A stretch of 62,978 nt of DNA, counting the filler, from Sphacelaria rigidula (Eukaryota): assembly GCA_964200075.2 (NCBI GenBank). It is 8 parts of 8 records of this genome, joined end to end, with 100 filler letters (N's around TTAATTAATTAA, not from the genome) between each part and the next. Parts side by side here need not be neighbours in the genome. Positions count along the whole stretch, not along the records: positions 31,544 to 39,328 come from CAXNAA020013467.1; positions 39,429 to 47,212 come from CAXNAA020013468.1; positions 47,313 to 55,095 come from CAXNAA020013469.1; 5 more parts are not named here. One strand, written 5' to 3'. The position numbers and the translations under genes are program-made. This document shows positions 36,957 to 50,600 of this stretch, piece by piece. The notes beneath the pieces are model-generated. The model saw nothing but the letters and a program-made list of their open reading frames with translations. It was not told the origin of the DNA and did not search any database. How positions within the stretch are numbered: position 1 is the first letter of the stretch; each line of letters opens with the position of its first letter.

Positions 36957-39228
36957 AGCGAAACACTCTGTTAGGATACATTGCACCTGCATCAGAGATC
37001 TGAACAGTGAAAACGACAAACACAGGCAGTGCAGTTGCTGAAATCAAGTCGCAGGAACAGAGAGATCAAGTCCTCGATCTGTGTACTAAATACCGTTCAA
37101 TCTCCTCGTTTTCACCGCAGGAGTTAGGATGCTGAACGATAAGTGAAGCTAAATGTCCACTCCAACCGGTTACACAACGGGTCCACAGACCGCCCTACAT
37201 GGCCAACTCAAGGGTACAAGGAGTCATCGACAAATGTGTATACCAAACGACACCCTCAGCTGGAGTGCATTGTAAAAAGGTTATTTCCTTGATGGATCAT
37301 TAGACGTGCTTTACACTTTTTATTCCGATTCTGCACAAGTCAGCCATAACGGTGGGACAGGTGCTAGTTGACAGAGTTTCTACAACATTCGGGATTTCAG
37401 AAAAGTTGCATTCTGATCAAAGCAAGGAGTTTGAGAACCGAGTGATCTACCAGCTACAGACGCTGCTACAAACTGAGAATACCCGCACGACTCCGTTCAG
37501 ACCTCAGGGCAACGCAGTTTCAGAGCGGGTACACTCAAATCTACACGCTTTGCTGGCAATGTACAGTTCAGTCAAGCACAACAGCTAGACAACTATGCGT
37601 GCAAATGGCGTTATCTGTTCCAAAGTATCGCCAATAGTATACAAAGTAAAGTTGGGCAACGACGCAAAACGAACGCCGGTACACTTGACTTACTGGAAAC
37701 AGTACTGCCGACAGAAGAAAGCAACGGCGCCCGATTTTGATCGACTTGCCGATTTTTTCTTAGGGACAAGATTGCCTCTTCCAGTGGTTGGCCGCCCAGA
37801 TGTAGCACAACCGAAAATTTAATGCTAAACCGTTGACAAGGTGGTGGGACATAAACGAGGCCCAGGGCGGAAAAGCGGCCTCAACTATAAATACCGCCTC
37901 AGACTCAAAGGCTGCGGTCCATCGCCTGACCTAGAGTATAGAGCAGACGAGGTTCCCTAATGCCAACATCTTCTCATAGACGCGTATAGAATCAAGCAAA
38001 AACTGAATAGCGCGGCTTCCTCCGACCCGCCGCCTCATAACACGAGAAAGAGAAAATGGGTCAGTGACTCTGTCCATGAGGAAACGAAGTTTCCCATGCA
38101 GGAAAAGCACCAGAAACGTGCACTTGCACGACAATTTCCCGCTACATGCAGACGTGTTCGGTGTAAAGTCAAGAAAAAAGAAAATTGATGCCATGGTCAA
38201 TGCAACCACAAGGACATCAGCGGTGAAGAGAGACTCGACCCAAAGGTCTGAGCTCTCACCAGAAAAATAGGGGTATTGCTGGCGAGGATAATCGTGGAAA
38301 TTTTGTATAGTCTTGGAGTATACCACTCCAGACATACAAATACAGCCACCGTTCTCTTTATGTCTTCGATATTTGTCTTTCCCAGAAGCAAGTATTACCA
38401 AATCATACGGTGATCACCATGGGTTCAGTGTTCAAGCAAAATGCGGGATGATACCCTATTCCCATGCGAAAGCACAATGTTTTCCACTGAGTCGCCCATA
38501 AATCAGCATCTATGGGGGCATCACAATTAGTACTGATCGCACAGATTTTACAGATGCCGCGATCATGTGACCAAGTCACAAACCGCCGACACAAGTATTC
38601 TGATGACATGAACCTGAGTACGAACGTCGATAAAATTTACCGTCTTGTGTTTACTCAACACGGCAGTATAGAGGATATGACACGTTCACAAACCCCAGGC
38701 CAGTATAATGGTATCACGACACACATGGAATGAGCAAACCACGTTAATACCGTTCTCTCCATGAATGATCGCCTCAACCCCTCAAATCGGGAAACTTGAC
38801 GCGCGTCAAGAGGGGGAATGATGTGGAGACCACATCTGTATGAGCGTAATGACCACCAGAATACACGCATGTAAGCCGGGAAACTGTCTCAGGAACGAGA
38901 TCCGCCAGTGACATGCATGAGCGGAGTCAAAACATTCACACCTGTGAAACTGGATCTTTGGTAACCTCGGCAACGGGGTGTTCGGTAGAAACAGCTCGGA
39001 ACAATGGAACCCCCACATGAACCCTGGTTGAACGTTGCCAGTACTGCCGTACTGGTCCGTTCAGTTGTTCTTCTCGCCTATAATCGGTCCACGGTCAAAT
39101 CCTTGCCTAAACGACAAAGAGAAAGTCACGCCTTGCTTTGGAAATCCTTCGGCAGCAGGGCATGACAACGTTCTTCTTCGGAACCCGCGTAACTTTACTG
39201 CCTCACCCCTGGCGAAGCCTACTTCACA
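36957..39228 (+). mobile_element. Second copy of the degenerate Gypsy integrase/chromodomain derivative
   Basis: ORF 37352-37588 reads TFGISEKLHSDQSKEFEN..RTTPFRPQGNAVSERVH. Collinear with 25676-28622. Confidence 0.8.
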
Positions 39229-40973
39229 GGACACTTTCTACGATAGCCCCCCCCCCCTAAAAGTGCATGGTTTTGGGAGGCAAAATCTTCCCGTAAATCG
39301 AAACGGGAAAAGCCGAGCACAACGAGAANNNNNNNNNNNNNNNNNNNNNNNNNNNNNNNNNNNNNNNNNNNNTTAATTAATTAANNNNNNNNNNNNNNNN
39401 NNNNNNNNNNNNNNNNNNNNNNNNNNNNCGCCCACATATCCCGAAAGGTGTAGACTGGCGCCCAGAATAAATGGGACGACAACACACACACACACGCACG
39501 TGCAAATGATGCCGGTTCGGCAGACTGCTCAGCTATACTGGCCACAGGATAAAAATACGCTGACAAACGGATAACGACCGTTCATCAATCCGACGTGATA
39601 CGGTACTAGTATAGAATCGGGGTGATGTTCAGCTAGAACATGACTGCTATTAACAGCTGACCCCTGAAGCGTCCCAGTGTGTCCATCTATTCGAGTTACA
39701 CTCATGCTTGATGTGTGAATGACATATGTAGAGTCAACCTGCGGCCACGGCCACTACACGGGCTTGAGGATTACACCTGGCGAGAGCCGAGTCCTCAACC
39801 ACCCTGTAGCTGAAGGGTGTACTACAACAAGTAGTCACCGACACCTAGGCCATCAACATGTTGTAGACGAGTTTCACACATGTCATGGTTCGGGGCTGTA
39901 CGGAATTCCTGAACAGCAGGAGAATTACTGAAATAAAACAAATAGCACCCGCCGCCGGGCGTTGCCACTGTAGCAGAGTTGTGCTGACTATACGTCTATA
40001 CTATAGGGAGTTAGTACCAAATGGACTACACCCTTTCAACGGGAGAGTACTTCAACTGGTCATGCATCAACTTCTTAAGTGAAATGTATGCTGATTGAAC
40101 AGGCGAACTATGCTCTCGGTCAAAGGGTTAACTTCGTAGATGTGAGAACGGAGTAGGGTGAGTCAGAGAAGAACCTGCTTTTTCGAGGATATGGCGAATG
40201 CGAAGTGTGGGGAATCTCGGAAATGCGCACGAGCAGTCCCCCGAGCACACTTGTGTAGTCCATGACTTACGCTAGCTGTAGCTCCCTTGTTGCGAAATTA
40301 CACGCAAACTACAGTCAGTGTAGTTGCAACCTTGATGAAACTATTTTTGGCATCGCACGAGAGTCGAAGGCGACTCTGGGTGCATGTGCATACGACAACA
40401 GAGAAATAAAGCAGTCACCTGGTCTCTACAGATCACACGGCAGGGAAAGGCGCGGCCCGAACCACCACACAAACCAGAGATACACATGCACGCTCATGTC
40501 ACGCCGTCAGGCTTCCGACTGTGTTTTCCGTTGTACAGCACTACTGTCAACACTTTGAGCAGTCCTAGGCGGCCTCACACAGTAAACTACCCGCCCCAGA
40601 ATGAATCTAGCGTGCTGTTCCACGGTACAACAGTACTGTACTGTGCATACAGTGTACACGTATTGAGTACACGGAACCGCACCCAAGACCGTACATAGTC
40701 AACCGAACTAGTGCATACAGACTGCCATTGTTGAGCCGCGCACGCCCGTACTTGCGCACACTCGAGTTGTTGGGCAACGATGCGTCACCGTTGTCAAGAT
40801 CAGCAGCTCGAATGTCCTATGGAAACGACGGTATACATGGTTGCAAATTGCAACTGAGTGCTCCACACAACCAACCTCCGCAATCACGAATAGACTGTCG
40901 TGCCACGCGCGAGTGCCGTGTGGCATGTACAGGTGCCTCCGGAGACATCGGTACAGCATTCGCATTTGCTCAC

Positions 40974-41081
40974 CTTCATGTAGGCTTCAGCCGAGCGCGG
41001 CGAGCGCTGATTAGTGGCGGGTCGACCGCCGCCTGGCGTGGGCTGATTGCCCACCGGAACCGGTTGTTGCTTCGACGCCAT
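40974..41081 (-). CDS. Probable first coding exon of an unknown gene (MASKQQPVPVGNQPTPGGGRPATNQRSPRSAEAYMK)
   Basis: ATGGCG start, GC-rich codons and a strong AAG|GTGAGC donor. Downstream exons were not identified. Confidence 0.45.
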
Positions 41082-42551
41082 AGCTATATCTACCGATACG
41101 ACTCCTCGCGCTCTTCTGTTTATCCACACGCCCTTGTCCGCACAGCAATCGATCGGCGAACCTAGTTAGCTCTGTCCCTAGCCCGTCCCCTCAATTCCAC
41201 ACCACAGTACAGTACTGTTTGTCCACTAGCGGAAGGAGCTCCACCTGTCCCAGCGAATTCTCTGTATTCTCTGTACCGCGCAATTTTGTTGCAGCAACGT
41301 TTGGTACCGTAAATATACACGAAGGTACGGTGCTGCGGGTCTCCTGACGCAAGATGGCGTTTGCACGGTTCGATAGTGTTTCGGAGATTCCGTCTTGACC
41401 CAGGCCTAACTCGAATGTCTGCTCTGTTGGACGCTTTCGTGTGCCTACTCGTAATGTACTGCTGTTTGTTGGGTGTATTTTTTGGTAATTTTTCGGCCAG
41501 TTGGCAAGTTGCGGGTGAACAAATGATGGTTGGGCGTTGGGCGTAACGGCTTCCTTTATTGATTGTTATCGTCGAACAAGATTTAATTGCGCCGCGTCTT
41601 GGTCGACTTTTCGCGTCGCGATCATTTTTCCTACCGTGGTTATACACATGCGACTACCATGTGTGTTCTCCCTCACGGCGTATTGTTTTGACTGGTAGAT
41701 AACTCATAGATTATCGTTGTATTCGGTCGTCATTTCGGCAGTTCTATTGCCAAACTGTCTCGATCCGCCCGCGCATCTGCGGTACCGTCGTGCTTCGGTC
41801 ATATTGGAGTATCTATCGACGCCACCACACCTTCCCCTTGTCGAGGATACTCGGTAATGATCATGATCCTTGACCCTCGCAGAAATCACCAACCAACACC
41901 ACCACCACCACCACCAACGACAACACCATTACCGCAGCGTGGTTGGTCGATATATTCCTGACTCGCCTTCATCAGACGTTGTGGAACGGCGCGAAGTGAA
42001 GTGAAGTGAGTTCGTTATACGACTTCCCGAGGAGGCCATACGGCAGGGTACCTCTTCGAAGAAGCACCCGGGAATGAGTTCGTTCACGACTTCCCGCTCT
42101 CGTCTCATCGACGTGAAGATATAAGCTGCTCACTATGGGTATATACCGTGTTGTTGATTGTTGACGAACTGTACTGTGTCGAGCTGCATGAGTACACGTC
42201 CTCGAATGAACATTTAAGAGTAGTGCTTATTTTGATAAGGGCCAGACAATGTTCGAAGAGGGGTGACTTCGTCTTCCGGCAGTAGGGCTCGGCTGCGTGT
42301 GCAAACCGTCGCATCGCCCTATCAGGCGCGTAGACATACCGGGAACCGTACTACTGTACAGTTGGATATCGCACGCATCGTGCCTTGTCGATATCTGAGT
42401 AAAGTAGCTCGAGCCACCACTGCTGCCGTAGACGGTATGTTCGAGTGCCGCTCTTCATCAGTACAGGAATGTTGGTATGAGACTTATCGTATACATACAA
42501 TAATAATAGTAGTAGAATTGAATGCAGAATGACAGGAGATGGATGTCGTAA

Positions 42552-42900
42552 AAGACCATCCTTCATGGCAATCAATCTCGACTTGTACAAATACGAGGAT
42601 TTCAGCCCACCTACAGGCGATTTTCTCCCGTGGATGACTTTTTCGGACTCCAGTCCATTGGGCAATGTTTTTCGGCGGGGGAGATGCGGGAGTGTCCCGT
42701 TTTGAGCAGAAAGGTGATGTATCAAAGTCAACCTCCAGAGAATCGGAGAGTTGACCTGGTTTACTCACAGCTAGCCGGAAAACATTGCCCAACGGACTGG
42801 GATCCGAAAAATCAATCCACGGGAAAAAATCGCCAGTGATAGACGCGCTGAAATCCTCATATTTGTTCCAATCGAGATTAGCTGTCATGAAATATCGTCT
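42552..42900. mobile_element. Foldback element / MITE
   Basis: About 120-bp imperfect inverted arms (42552-42676 and 42774-42900). Confidence 0.65.
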
Positions 42901-44833
42901 AACTACCGTGTGGAGAGTCGAGCGAATATTTTGAGACGTGGTTTTCGAGCTAGGTGCGATGTTTATTATTGAAATTTTTTCAACATAAGGCACAAAGTAG
43001 AGTCCACGCAGTCCTGACACATTGTTTCGAAAAGATACTTTCCACCAGAGGGTGCTTCGGTCATCTCTGTTACATCGGTAACATGGGTGTTGTGTACTCT
43101 GCGCGTCACTGACCCCGAGTTCTGCCATCTGCAGCGATAACAACAACGCAGAGAAGAGGGAGTGCGTGGGCCGGTATCATCACTAAACATTGGGCGTCTA
43201 AGAGCGAGTTGCTTTCACTGGCTGTTGCGCGGTAGCACCAATCCCACCACCGCGACCTGGCCTTGTTGGGGCCACTCGGTGAAGACACTCGGTTCTTGCT
43301 GGAATCATCAATACTATCATGGCGTATTGGTCGACGTCGTCTTGTACAGGTGGTCGACGTCGTCTTGTACGGATGGTGAGCTCCTCCTTTCAAGACAAAT
43401 CAAGGAAGCTGTACATACGGCACAGTAGAGCCTCTTGGAAAAAACTCGGGAATTAGATCCCTGAAACGTTCATACTATGATATCAACTTATAATCATGTA
43501 CATTATGCCGTATACGCGTAGAGATCGAAGGCGTATAAGTAGGCATAGCTGTGTGTAGGATGTTATTTGCTCCATCAATGCTTGATATCAAACCCGAGCC
43601 ACGGTTTGTTGTAGTTGGTATACGTTCGAGTCCATATTATCGGAACGTGAGGAGCTCCTACCAATATCGATGCAACAGTCTTCGTTGTGAGATGCGTGGC
43701 CGCTGCAGAGAAAATACATGCGGATCAATACTCAGCACGGAGGGGGGGTGTTGTCTCGACGTACTCCCGGCGCGCACAGTGATACTCCAACGACACGATA
43801 AGTGAGATTCGTTTTCAACGAAGATTCGTGAGCCATGACAAGATAAATATCTGTTCTAGGCAATAATACAACCGCCTGTCCTGTCCGTCATTCCACCAAC
43901 AGTGGGTGCACATTATTACGTCAATTATTTGGCCTGCTCCATTGTCGTTATTGGTGCAAGCAAAAGTATTAACAGTGATTTCTTCCGCAATATACAAGTA
44001 ATCAGGTACGCTGAGAACAATCACGATACGCGTGTCTGACCCAATCGGCAGGATCACCAGTTACCGATGACTTGTTGTACGTATGTAGTCATCACTCAAA
44101 CTTTCAAACTTTGCGCGTATGGTGCTTGTTCCCGTGTTTTCATTTATAGTACAAGCTTGTGTTGCTACCCTGCTTACGTGTGTCAGCTGTTCAAGAAGCG
44201 AACATCAGCAATCCCACTTTTCTCTTTTACCCGGACAGTTGACGATATTGTGATGTAAGATTACCTGCAGATCCCTCACTAAATGGTTCAACACTTCCTC
44301 AGAATCTACAACGAGCGACTACGCGCGAAGGGGAGAAGACCACATTCCTCGACTGTGGTTCGAAGGGTATTTTGGACACGCGAAAAACAGGCGATGGTGA
44401 GAGCGAGATGATTCCGTATCGATGCTGTCCTCGTTTTCGGAAAATAGCCGCTGTCGTATTATGTTGTAAGTAGGAAACAAAAAGAGTACATCACCATTCA
44501 AAGAACCTCTCATACCATGTTAATTGATCATCGACCTGCTAGTAATCTTTATACGATATAATGCGGTGTTGACGCACGCACTTCACCACGTACACATGGC
44601 AAAATAACATCGTACAACAGAAGCGTAGCAGCGTGGTTGCGACGTTCCCACCAAATCTCGGCCGGATCAGTTGCACTTCAGCCCGAGCCACATCAATGTT
44701 GAACCCTCATCACCACGAGTGTTTGATTCTCCGTAGTAGCTTCGGGAATGCCCGACGTGTATGCCCTGCTGTGCTAGGCGACGGTGAGCAGTAAAACGCG
44801 TGGAGATTACTGCTGAGAACGCACTGTCAGCCT

Positions 44834-45207
44834 TTGTTGTCGTGTATGTGTTGTCGTCCCATCTATTCTGGACGCCGGTCTACACCTTTCGGTATGTGTG
44901 GGCGCACCAGCCGAGTTCACACAGGAGGAAGGTCAACACAGTAGCTTTTTCTTTTTTATTTGTTTTCAGTATACCCCACCTTCCTTTTGAAGGGCTTGCC
45001 TTTTTATTTGTTTTTCGCAAGAGGGGTTCAGCAGCCCCCTTCTCTCGTCAACCGTCAAGTCGAATTTTGTGTACCCACGACGCATTGTCGCTCCCCACTG
45101 TTGGACATAGTGTGAGAAAAAGTCCCACATCGCTCCGAGATTTGTACCCACGACCCAACCGTCAGAAGGTTTCGAGGTTACCAACTGAGCCACCGGGGCG
45201 ACCGGCT
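44834..45207 (-). mobile_element. tRNA-derived SINE, near full length
   Basis: Minus-strand head AGCCGGTCGCCCCGGTGGCTCAGTTGG..GGGTACAAATC (A box and degenerate B box) and a CA-rich tail. Confidence 0.8.
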
Positions 45208-45695
45208 GCGACACATAAATGGAGATCAACACAGTGGTGACGCCAGTAGGATCCGACAACATCAGGTGAGCCGTACATAGAGTGATTCGTGGCCTTGAAT
45301 GCACAAAACGTTCGAGCCGACAGTCTTTCATGACAGTGCTCTCGAAGATAGGGTTCAAGGCAAGCTGCAAGACGGGATTTTCAAGACACTCTATACGACA
45401 AGTTTCAAGACGGGGTTGAAGCCGCCGGAAAGATGGCAAATCGAGAGAGGGGTCGAGACGGGGATCTCCACTACGCCAGTCGAGACTGGATCGCTGCTCA
45501 CTACATGAATCAAGACAGGAATTACGAAATGGTCGATTAGTCGGCCGGTAGGTAGATAGGGGCCCTCGAGAGGTAGTCAAGGTCTTAGACAGGCAGGTAG
45601 GCAGGCAGGCAGGAAGGTTTGAGACGGGGGCAAAGGAGATACCTTGACGTCACTATCCCTCGGTGCTGAGAGCGAAAGTAATGCTTCAGTAGCTG

Positions 45696-45795
45696 AGATC
45701 TATGACGGTTTAAGAGATAACCAACTAGACTAGTGACCAGTCAGCGCTGACTGGTCACTTGTCTAGTTGGTTATCTCTTAAACCGTCACAGATCT
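45696..45795. repeat. 100-bp near-perfect spacerless palindrome (repeat family)
   Basis: Centre tcagc|gctga at 45745/45746 with two mismatched pairs. A half copy lies at 55196-55248 and the same core at 28701-28740. Confidence 0.9.
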
Positions 45796-46509
45796 TTTCG
45801 ACGCGCACGTGCGCTGAGCGTCAAGGTATCAATCCTTAAACCCTGATGTGCATAGATGATGTTGGGAGAAGTTTGTCGTGAACGGAACTAGTACTTCAGC
45901 GGTTATGCCACGGTAAGGTCTACCGTTTAATACAGATTTGCGGTAGTCGCTCAAGAGAGACTATTCTACTATTTCATTCAGTATGAGAACACCCAAGCGA
46001 GCACGATAATAGTCACGTACATGTAGATATTACTGACAGCTGCGTGAAGAACAGAGATGCCGACATTGCTTGAAGTCATTTCTCTTCTATTTGTCGTGAT
46101 GCACACCGGTTTCCAGGTATGACCCTTGAGTCATACTACGGCAAGGGTTCTCATCCAGGGGCTCCCTAGGTTGGGAGATACACAAGAATATGGGTAAGGG
46201 CATTCTCGTTTTAAAATTCATTCGGGATACCCCTAGCCCATTGGAATGCCAATCGTGGCGTGCTCTCACGTATCCCATAAATCGTCTTCTGGATAAGAGA
46301 GGGCTCCTGAAGTGAAGAGCCACAAAAAATCTTAATGCACTCCCATCGTAGCACCACACTCATGGAACAGAATGGGATACTTGGATATATTTTTGTGCAG
46401 GGAAATTCGTTTTGTTTTATTGCAGCAAGTACGGGATGGGATAACCTGCTTAAGCAAGCTACCGTAGGGGTTGCCCTTCGTGTTTCTGTGTTTTTTTTTG
46501 TAGAGGCCC

Positions 46510-47025
46510 GAATATGTGGGGCTTAGGCCGACTCTAATGGCAGGCATTCAAAATTCCTGTTTAAAACAGCCTTTTTGGCCCTTCTTCGTCGATTTTCGCC
46601 CGAAAAGAGGGCTAGGCAGATGTTGATGCCTTGGAATGACTTGCTCTACTCATTGAGATCGTTCCAGGGCAACTGTGCATTTCTCGCTGGCCGCACTTTA
46701 ATTTTTGGCCGAACACGGATAAAAAAAAAAAAACGTCAAGCGTTAAAAAAACAGGGGGACATTTCGATCACGTTACCGTTTTTCACCGAAAATCCGTGTT
46801 TGGCCTGGTTTGGCCAAGAACAAAAGTGCGGCCAACAGGAAATGCAAAGTTGCTTTAGTAGCGTCTCAACGAGTAGAGCAAGTCATTCCAAGGCGTCAAC
46901 ATCCGCCTAGCCCTCTTTTCGGGCAAAAATCGACGGAGAGGGGTCCCCAAAAGGCAGTCTTCGACAGGAATTTTGAACGACTCCCATTAGAGTTGGCCTT
47001 ACTGTGCAATCCAAATCTGTGGGTG
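46510..47025. mobile_element. Long foldback element
   Basis: cccgaaaagagggctaggcagatgttgatgccttggaatgacttgctctactc has its reverse complement at about 46870-46923; the arms extend outward. Confidence 0.7.
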
Positions 47026-47146
47026 ACCGGATTCCCAGAAACATACCGTGCGCACGCATGGGCCTCTTCGTGAATTGGCATCACTTTCAGTCTTTTTCAT
47101 GCAAAAATCATGCCGATTCTCAGAATGACCCGTCCAACACCGCCGC

Positions 47147-47212
47147 GCCCCGGTGGTGTAATGGTCCGACTGTCGCCATTAGGGTGGAGAGAACGGGGGT
47201 TCGATCCCCGAT
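47147..47212 (+). other. tRNA-like sequence (SINE head or pseudo-tRNA), cut by the contig end
   Basis: A box TGGTGTAATGG and B box GGTTCGATCC are present, but the anticodon stem does not pair. Confidence 0.5.
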
Positions 47213-47312
47213 NNNNNNNNNNNNNNNNNNNNNNNNNNNNNNNNNNNNNNNNNNNNTTAATTAATTAANNNNNNNNNNNNNNNNNNNNNNNNNNNNNNNN
47301 NNNNNNNNNNNN

Positions 47313-47430
47313 AGGTTACTTCTTCCGAATCAAAGCTTGTCCTCGGTACTTCTGGTACAAACAGCTCGCAAGTCGAGTTGCCCACTTGAGCCTCATCTCA
47401 GAGGTAAACCTCATTTCGCACAATTTTCTG
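47313..47430. repeat. About 115-bp inverted repeat at both ends of contig 7 (partner about 54972-55088), probably TIRs of a DNA element
   Basis: aggttacttcttccgaat..catttcgcacaatt versus aattgtgcgaaatg..attcggaagaagtaacct, with few mismatches. Confidence 0.85.
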
Positions 47431-47610
47431 TTTGAACTCCAGTGGCTTCTTCTCATCCTCGTTACAGAGGAGGATCGCGCATATATTCACATTCACCATC
47501 ACTCGCATTTGCTGTTCGCTGTCACTCTCCATCACCCAGTGTATTCTTGCGCCTTGTTTATCTGTTTTGGCAATCATTCTACTGTTTCTGAAATCCCCAC
47601 AGAATCATTG
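47431..47610 (-). mobile_element. LINE RT fragment (upstream part)
   Basis: DSVGISET..KQINKAQEYT..WRVTAN..ICAILLCNEDEKKPLEFK, disrupted. Confidence 0.65.
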
Positions 47611-50600
47611 GACCTGAGGGGAAAACGACTGCCGAAACGGTAGGTGAGAGGCGATCTGAGTACGAAATAAAAGCGATACGTGGGAGTCGATGCTGAGGAG
47701 CTGCTGGCGGTTTCAAAAATAATGATTAGCACTCGAAAATTTTGTAGTAGGCGCCACCCTTTTCACGATGCGTGACCGCTCCCTTTCGTCAACAAGTACG
47801 AAAGATATCAGGCAAGATGTGCTGTCATGCCGTTGCAGGAGACCCAAGAGGTCAAGCAGTCGCCAAACGGCCATCAGGTAGGGGCGCGCGGTAGACTCAT
47901 GGAACGAGATGATAAACTTGCCAACAACTGAGGTAATGTTACACTCACATACACATACATGTGCAGGCACTTGATCTCGCTTCTCGATCCCCAATTGATT
48001 TTCCACCGCTATCAAAACAAGCCAAAAGGGTAGTCAGTGCCCCTGAAGAATGTGCCTAACTTCCGGTCCCCCTCAAAAGATTCGCTGAACAGAGGCGAGA
48101 GTTTAGCGTGGAGGCAGTCATCCATTTGGAAAGGTGACTGAAAGAAGGCATCGCTTTCCGAAGCGTCAGATCTCCCACGCGGCGAGGACGCAGTCGTAAG
48201 ACCTGGGGGGTGTCTACTGGATATGTTGTCAGAGCTTTGCAATTAATGTGGGGTGAACACGTCTCATTGGCTCCTTGAACTTAGCGCACATTGCTTGACA
48301 CGCTGCTCCCCTCCCGGAGTTGCCGTGTCAACGCAAAACCACGCATTTATCTAAGCTGACTTTCACTTATATCACAAGAAGCAGAACCTAGTACACAATT
48401 GGACCCTTTCGTATAACAGCGCGAATAGCACCTATGCGAAGTAAGACTGGTGATGTATCCGGAAGGTGAAATCTCAATGTCGGGATGACAATGGCAGGAA
48501 ACTGCAGCACTAGTACACGGTACATGGAAAGTTGGCAAGGATAGATGACGGCACGTGATCTGGATGGTGATGCAAGGACACAAAATACGTACGCGCAAGA
48601 TAGTCCGCCATAGGTCGAACCGCATACCGTTACCCGCCCCACCTGAGATATTCGATTGCTGACGATTCCGCCTAGTTTGCTTGAACACCAGACTTCGAGG
48701 CGACGCGAACCTTTGATACCCCGCACCCCACCTCCTCACCCTGAAACACCGTCGCGAGTCTGCATCCCCCCCCCCAAAAAACAAATAGGTTGGAAATAGC
48801 GAGCAAAGGTCCAGGATGGAGCAATGTCAAAGGGGCTACTAGCAAGCAGAGTCCTGGAAAGCCTGATGCTTCCACGAGTGGACGGGTTCCACGCTCTTTG
48901 ACATCTGCACCACCCAGCCAAGGCATCAAGTATGCCATCCCGCTGGAGCACCCCATGTCCCTCTGTCGCGCAGTGATGTTCTGAACTTGTTCCCCATAGG
49001 TTTCGCATTCCGAGAGGATTTTGACGGAGCTCAGCAAGAATAGTAAGTGTTCGACAGCGGTGAACGCTTCGGAAGAGTGATGAGACGACGAAGACTGCGT
49101 GGAGTCTTCAAGTGAAGAGCTTCAGCAAGTGGCCCAGACGAGCGAGCCGATGGCATTCAGCGAACGAAGCAGAGAAAAGCATTAATATTGTACGAAGGAA
49201 AGAGCAGGAGACCGTTTTGTGGTGCATTACAGGAGCGAGCAGTGCTTTGTATTTGTGTTCTAATATTTATATAGTAATGAGCAGTAATTCAGCACTGTTT
49301 CTTTCTTTTCATTGGAACAGCTGTTCGGTAGTTACTTTTTCTTCTACTCTCCTTGGGTCTGTTTCCACTCATGTTTTCACGTTGATCATGAGCTCGGTCA
49401 TATACCTTGTATCGTTCCCGGCTTCATTTTCTCACCTTGAAACGTTTGATCTTGATTCGAGGGGGGGACCGCCTTCTCGATTTGTTTCCCTAGTTTTTTC
49501 GGATCAGAACTTCCTCCTTAGGTCCTCATTTTCTTTTTCTCTGTTTGGTTTTCTAGTCTGGATTCCATTTGCTCTTTTTCCCTCAACCGTTTTGGTTTCT
49601 CTTGATTTCGTAGGACCTGATCATCTTTCTCGTGTCAGTCCATTTTTTTTATAATTTCAACTGTTTTCATGTTTCATGAGTTGTGTTTTTTCTTACTACG
49701 GGCATGGTATGTCCTTTCTAGTTTTCCTTCATGTTTCAGTTCCCTTTATCCCCTTCTCCTGTTGTTGTGGGCCTGGTTCGTTCCTCCAGCACTATTTTTC
49801 AGTTTCTCTTCCTCTCTCCACCTTTTGGCGGAGTTGATCTTGCTCCGCTCTTTGTTTTTTTCCCGGTCTTGCATTCCATGGAGATTATCGATTTCTTCGT
49901 TTTGTCAGACCTGATCCCACCCTTTGTTTCTCGTACCCCCTTCGTTCATTACGTTTCTTCGTTCTCGGATATCGTTAATCCGATTTCAGGGTGCCCCACC
50001 CCTTTCGAGTAGAGCAATTCATATCGTGGAGTGAGCATTGTACAAAACGGGTGGGCACCGAGTACCTGCTTGGATACTGTACCATGATGGAACTGCTGGT
50101 CTAAGATTTAGGAGTCCCCCGGTGTCCAGTAGGTCAGTTGCTGCTGGTCGGTGAGAGAAAAGCCTACGCACTCCCATCAACCAGTACGCGCTTTTTCGGG
50201 TTTTTTTAGTGAGTCAGCTCTTTTCACGAGTCCTACACTACCCAGGATTGGTGTAAATCAATCAAGGGTGTCTAAGCGCCGTAATCATCGGAAAATAGTC
50301 ACCGGCTATTCTCCGTGGTTTCTGTTCCCAGTGTAACTGGGACCCAGTGTAACTGGGATCCCGGGACGACACAGCACATGCGAAAGCACTCGCGATGATC
50401 CGAAAGGGCGTGAGACATTTTTCCCCCAAGCGATGAGGCTTTCTCCTGAAACCAGGTTTTGCCCATCCTTCCGATTTCATGACGAGTTTTTCCCGCGGTT
50501 ATACTTAACCCCGAAATTCTGCGGTTTTCTCGTCGTTAACGTGATCTTAGGCTGATGGCATACAGAGCTGAGGGAATCCCCCCGGAGTGCATTAAGCTGT

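Noticed and set aside
42484..43146. 220-aa ORF
   Set aside because: It runs through both arms of a foldback element and has no recognisable motif, so it is probably incidental.
47147..47212. Functional tRNA gene
   Set aside because: The anticodon arm does not pair and the 3' acceptor strand is lost at the contig end.
49112..49914. Hydrophobic F/L/S-rich ORFs resembling membrane proteins (also 52606-53163 and 54099-54530)
   Set aside because: They arise from T/C-rich strands antisense to purine-rich decayed retroelement-like sequence.
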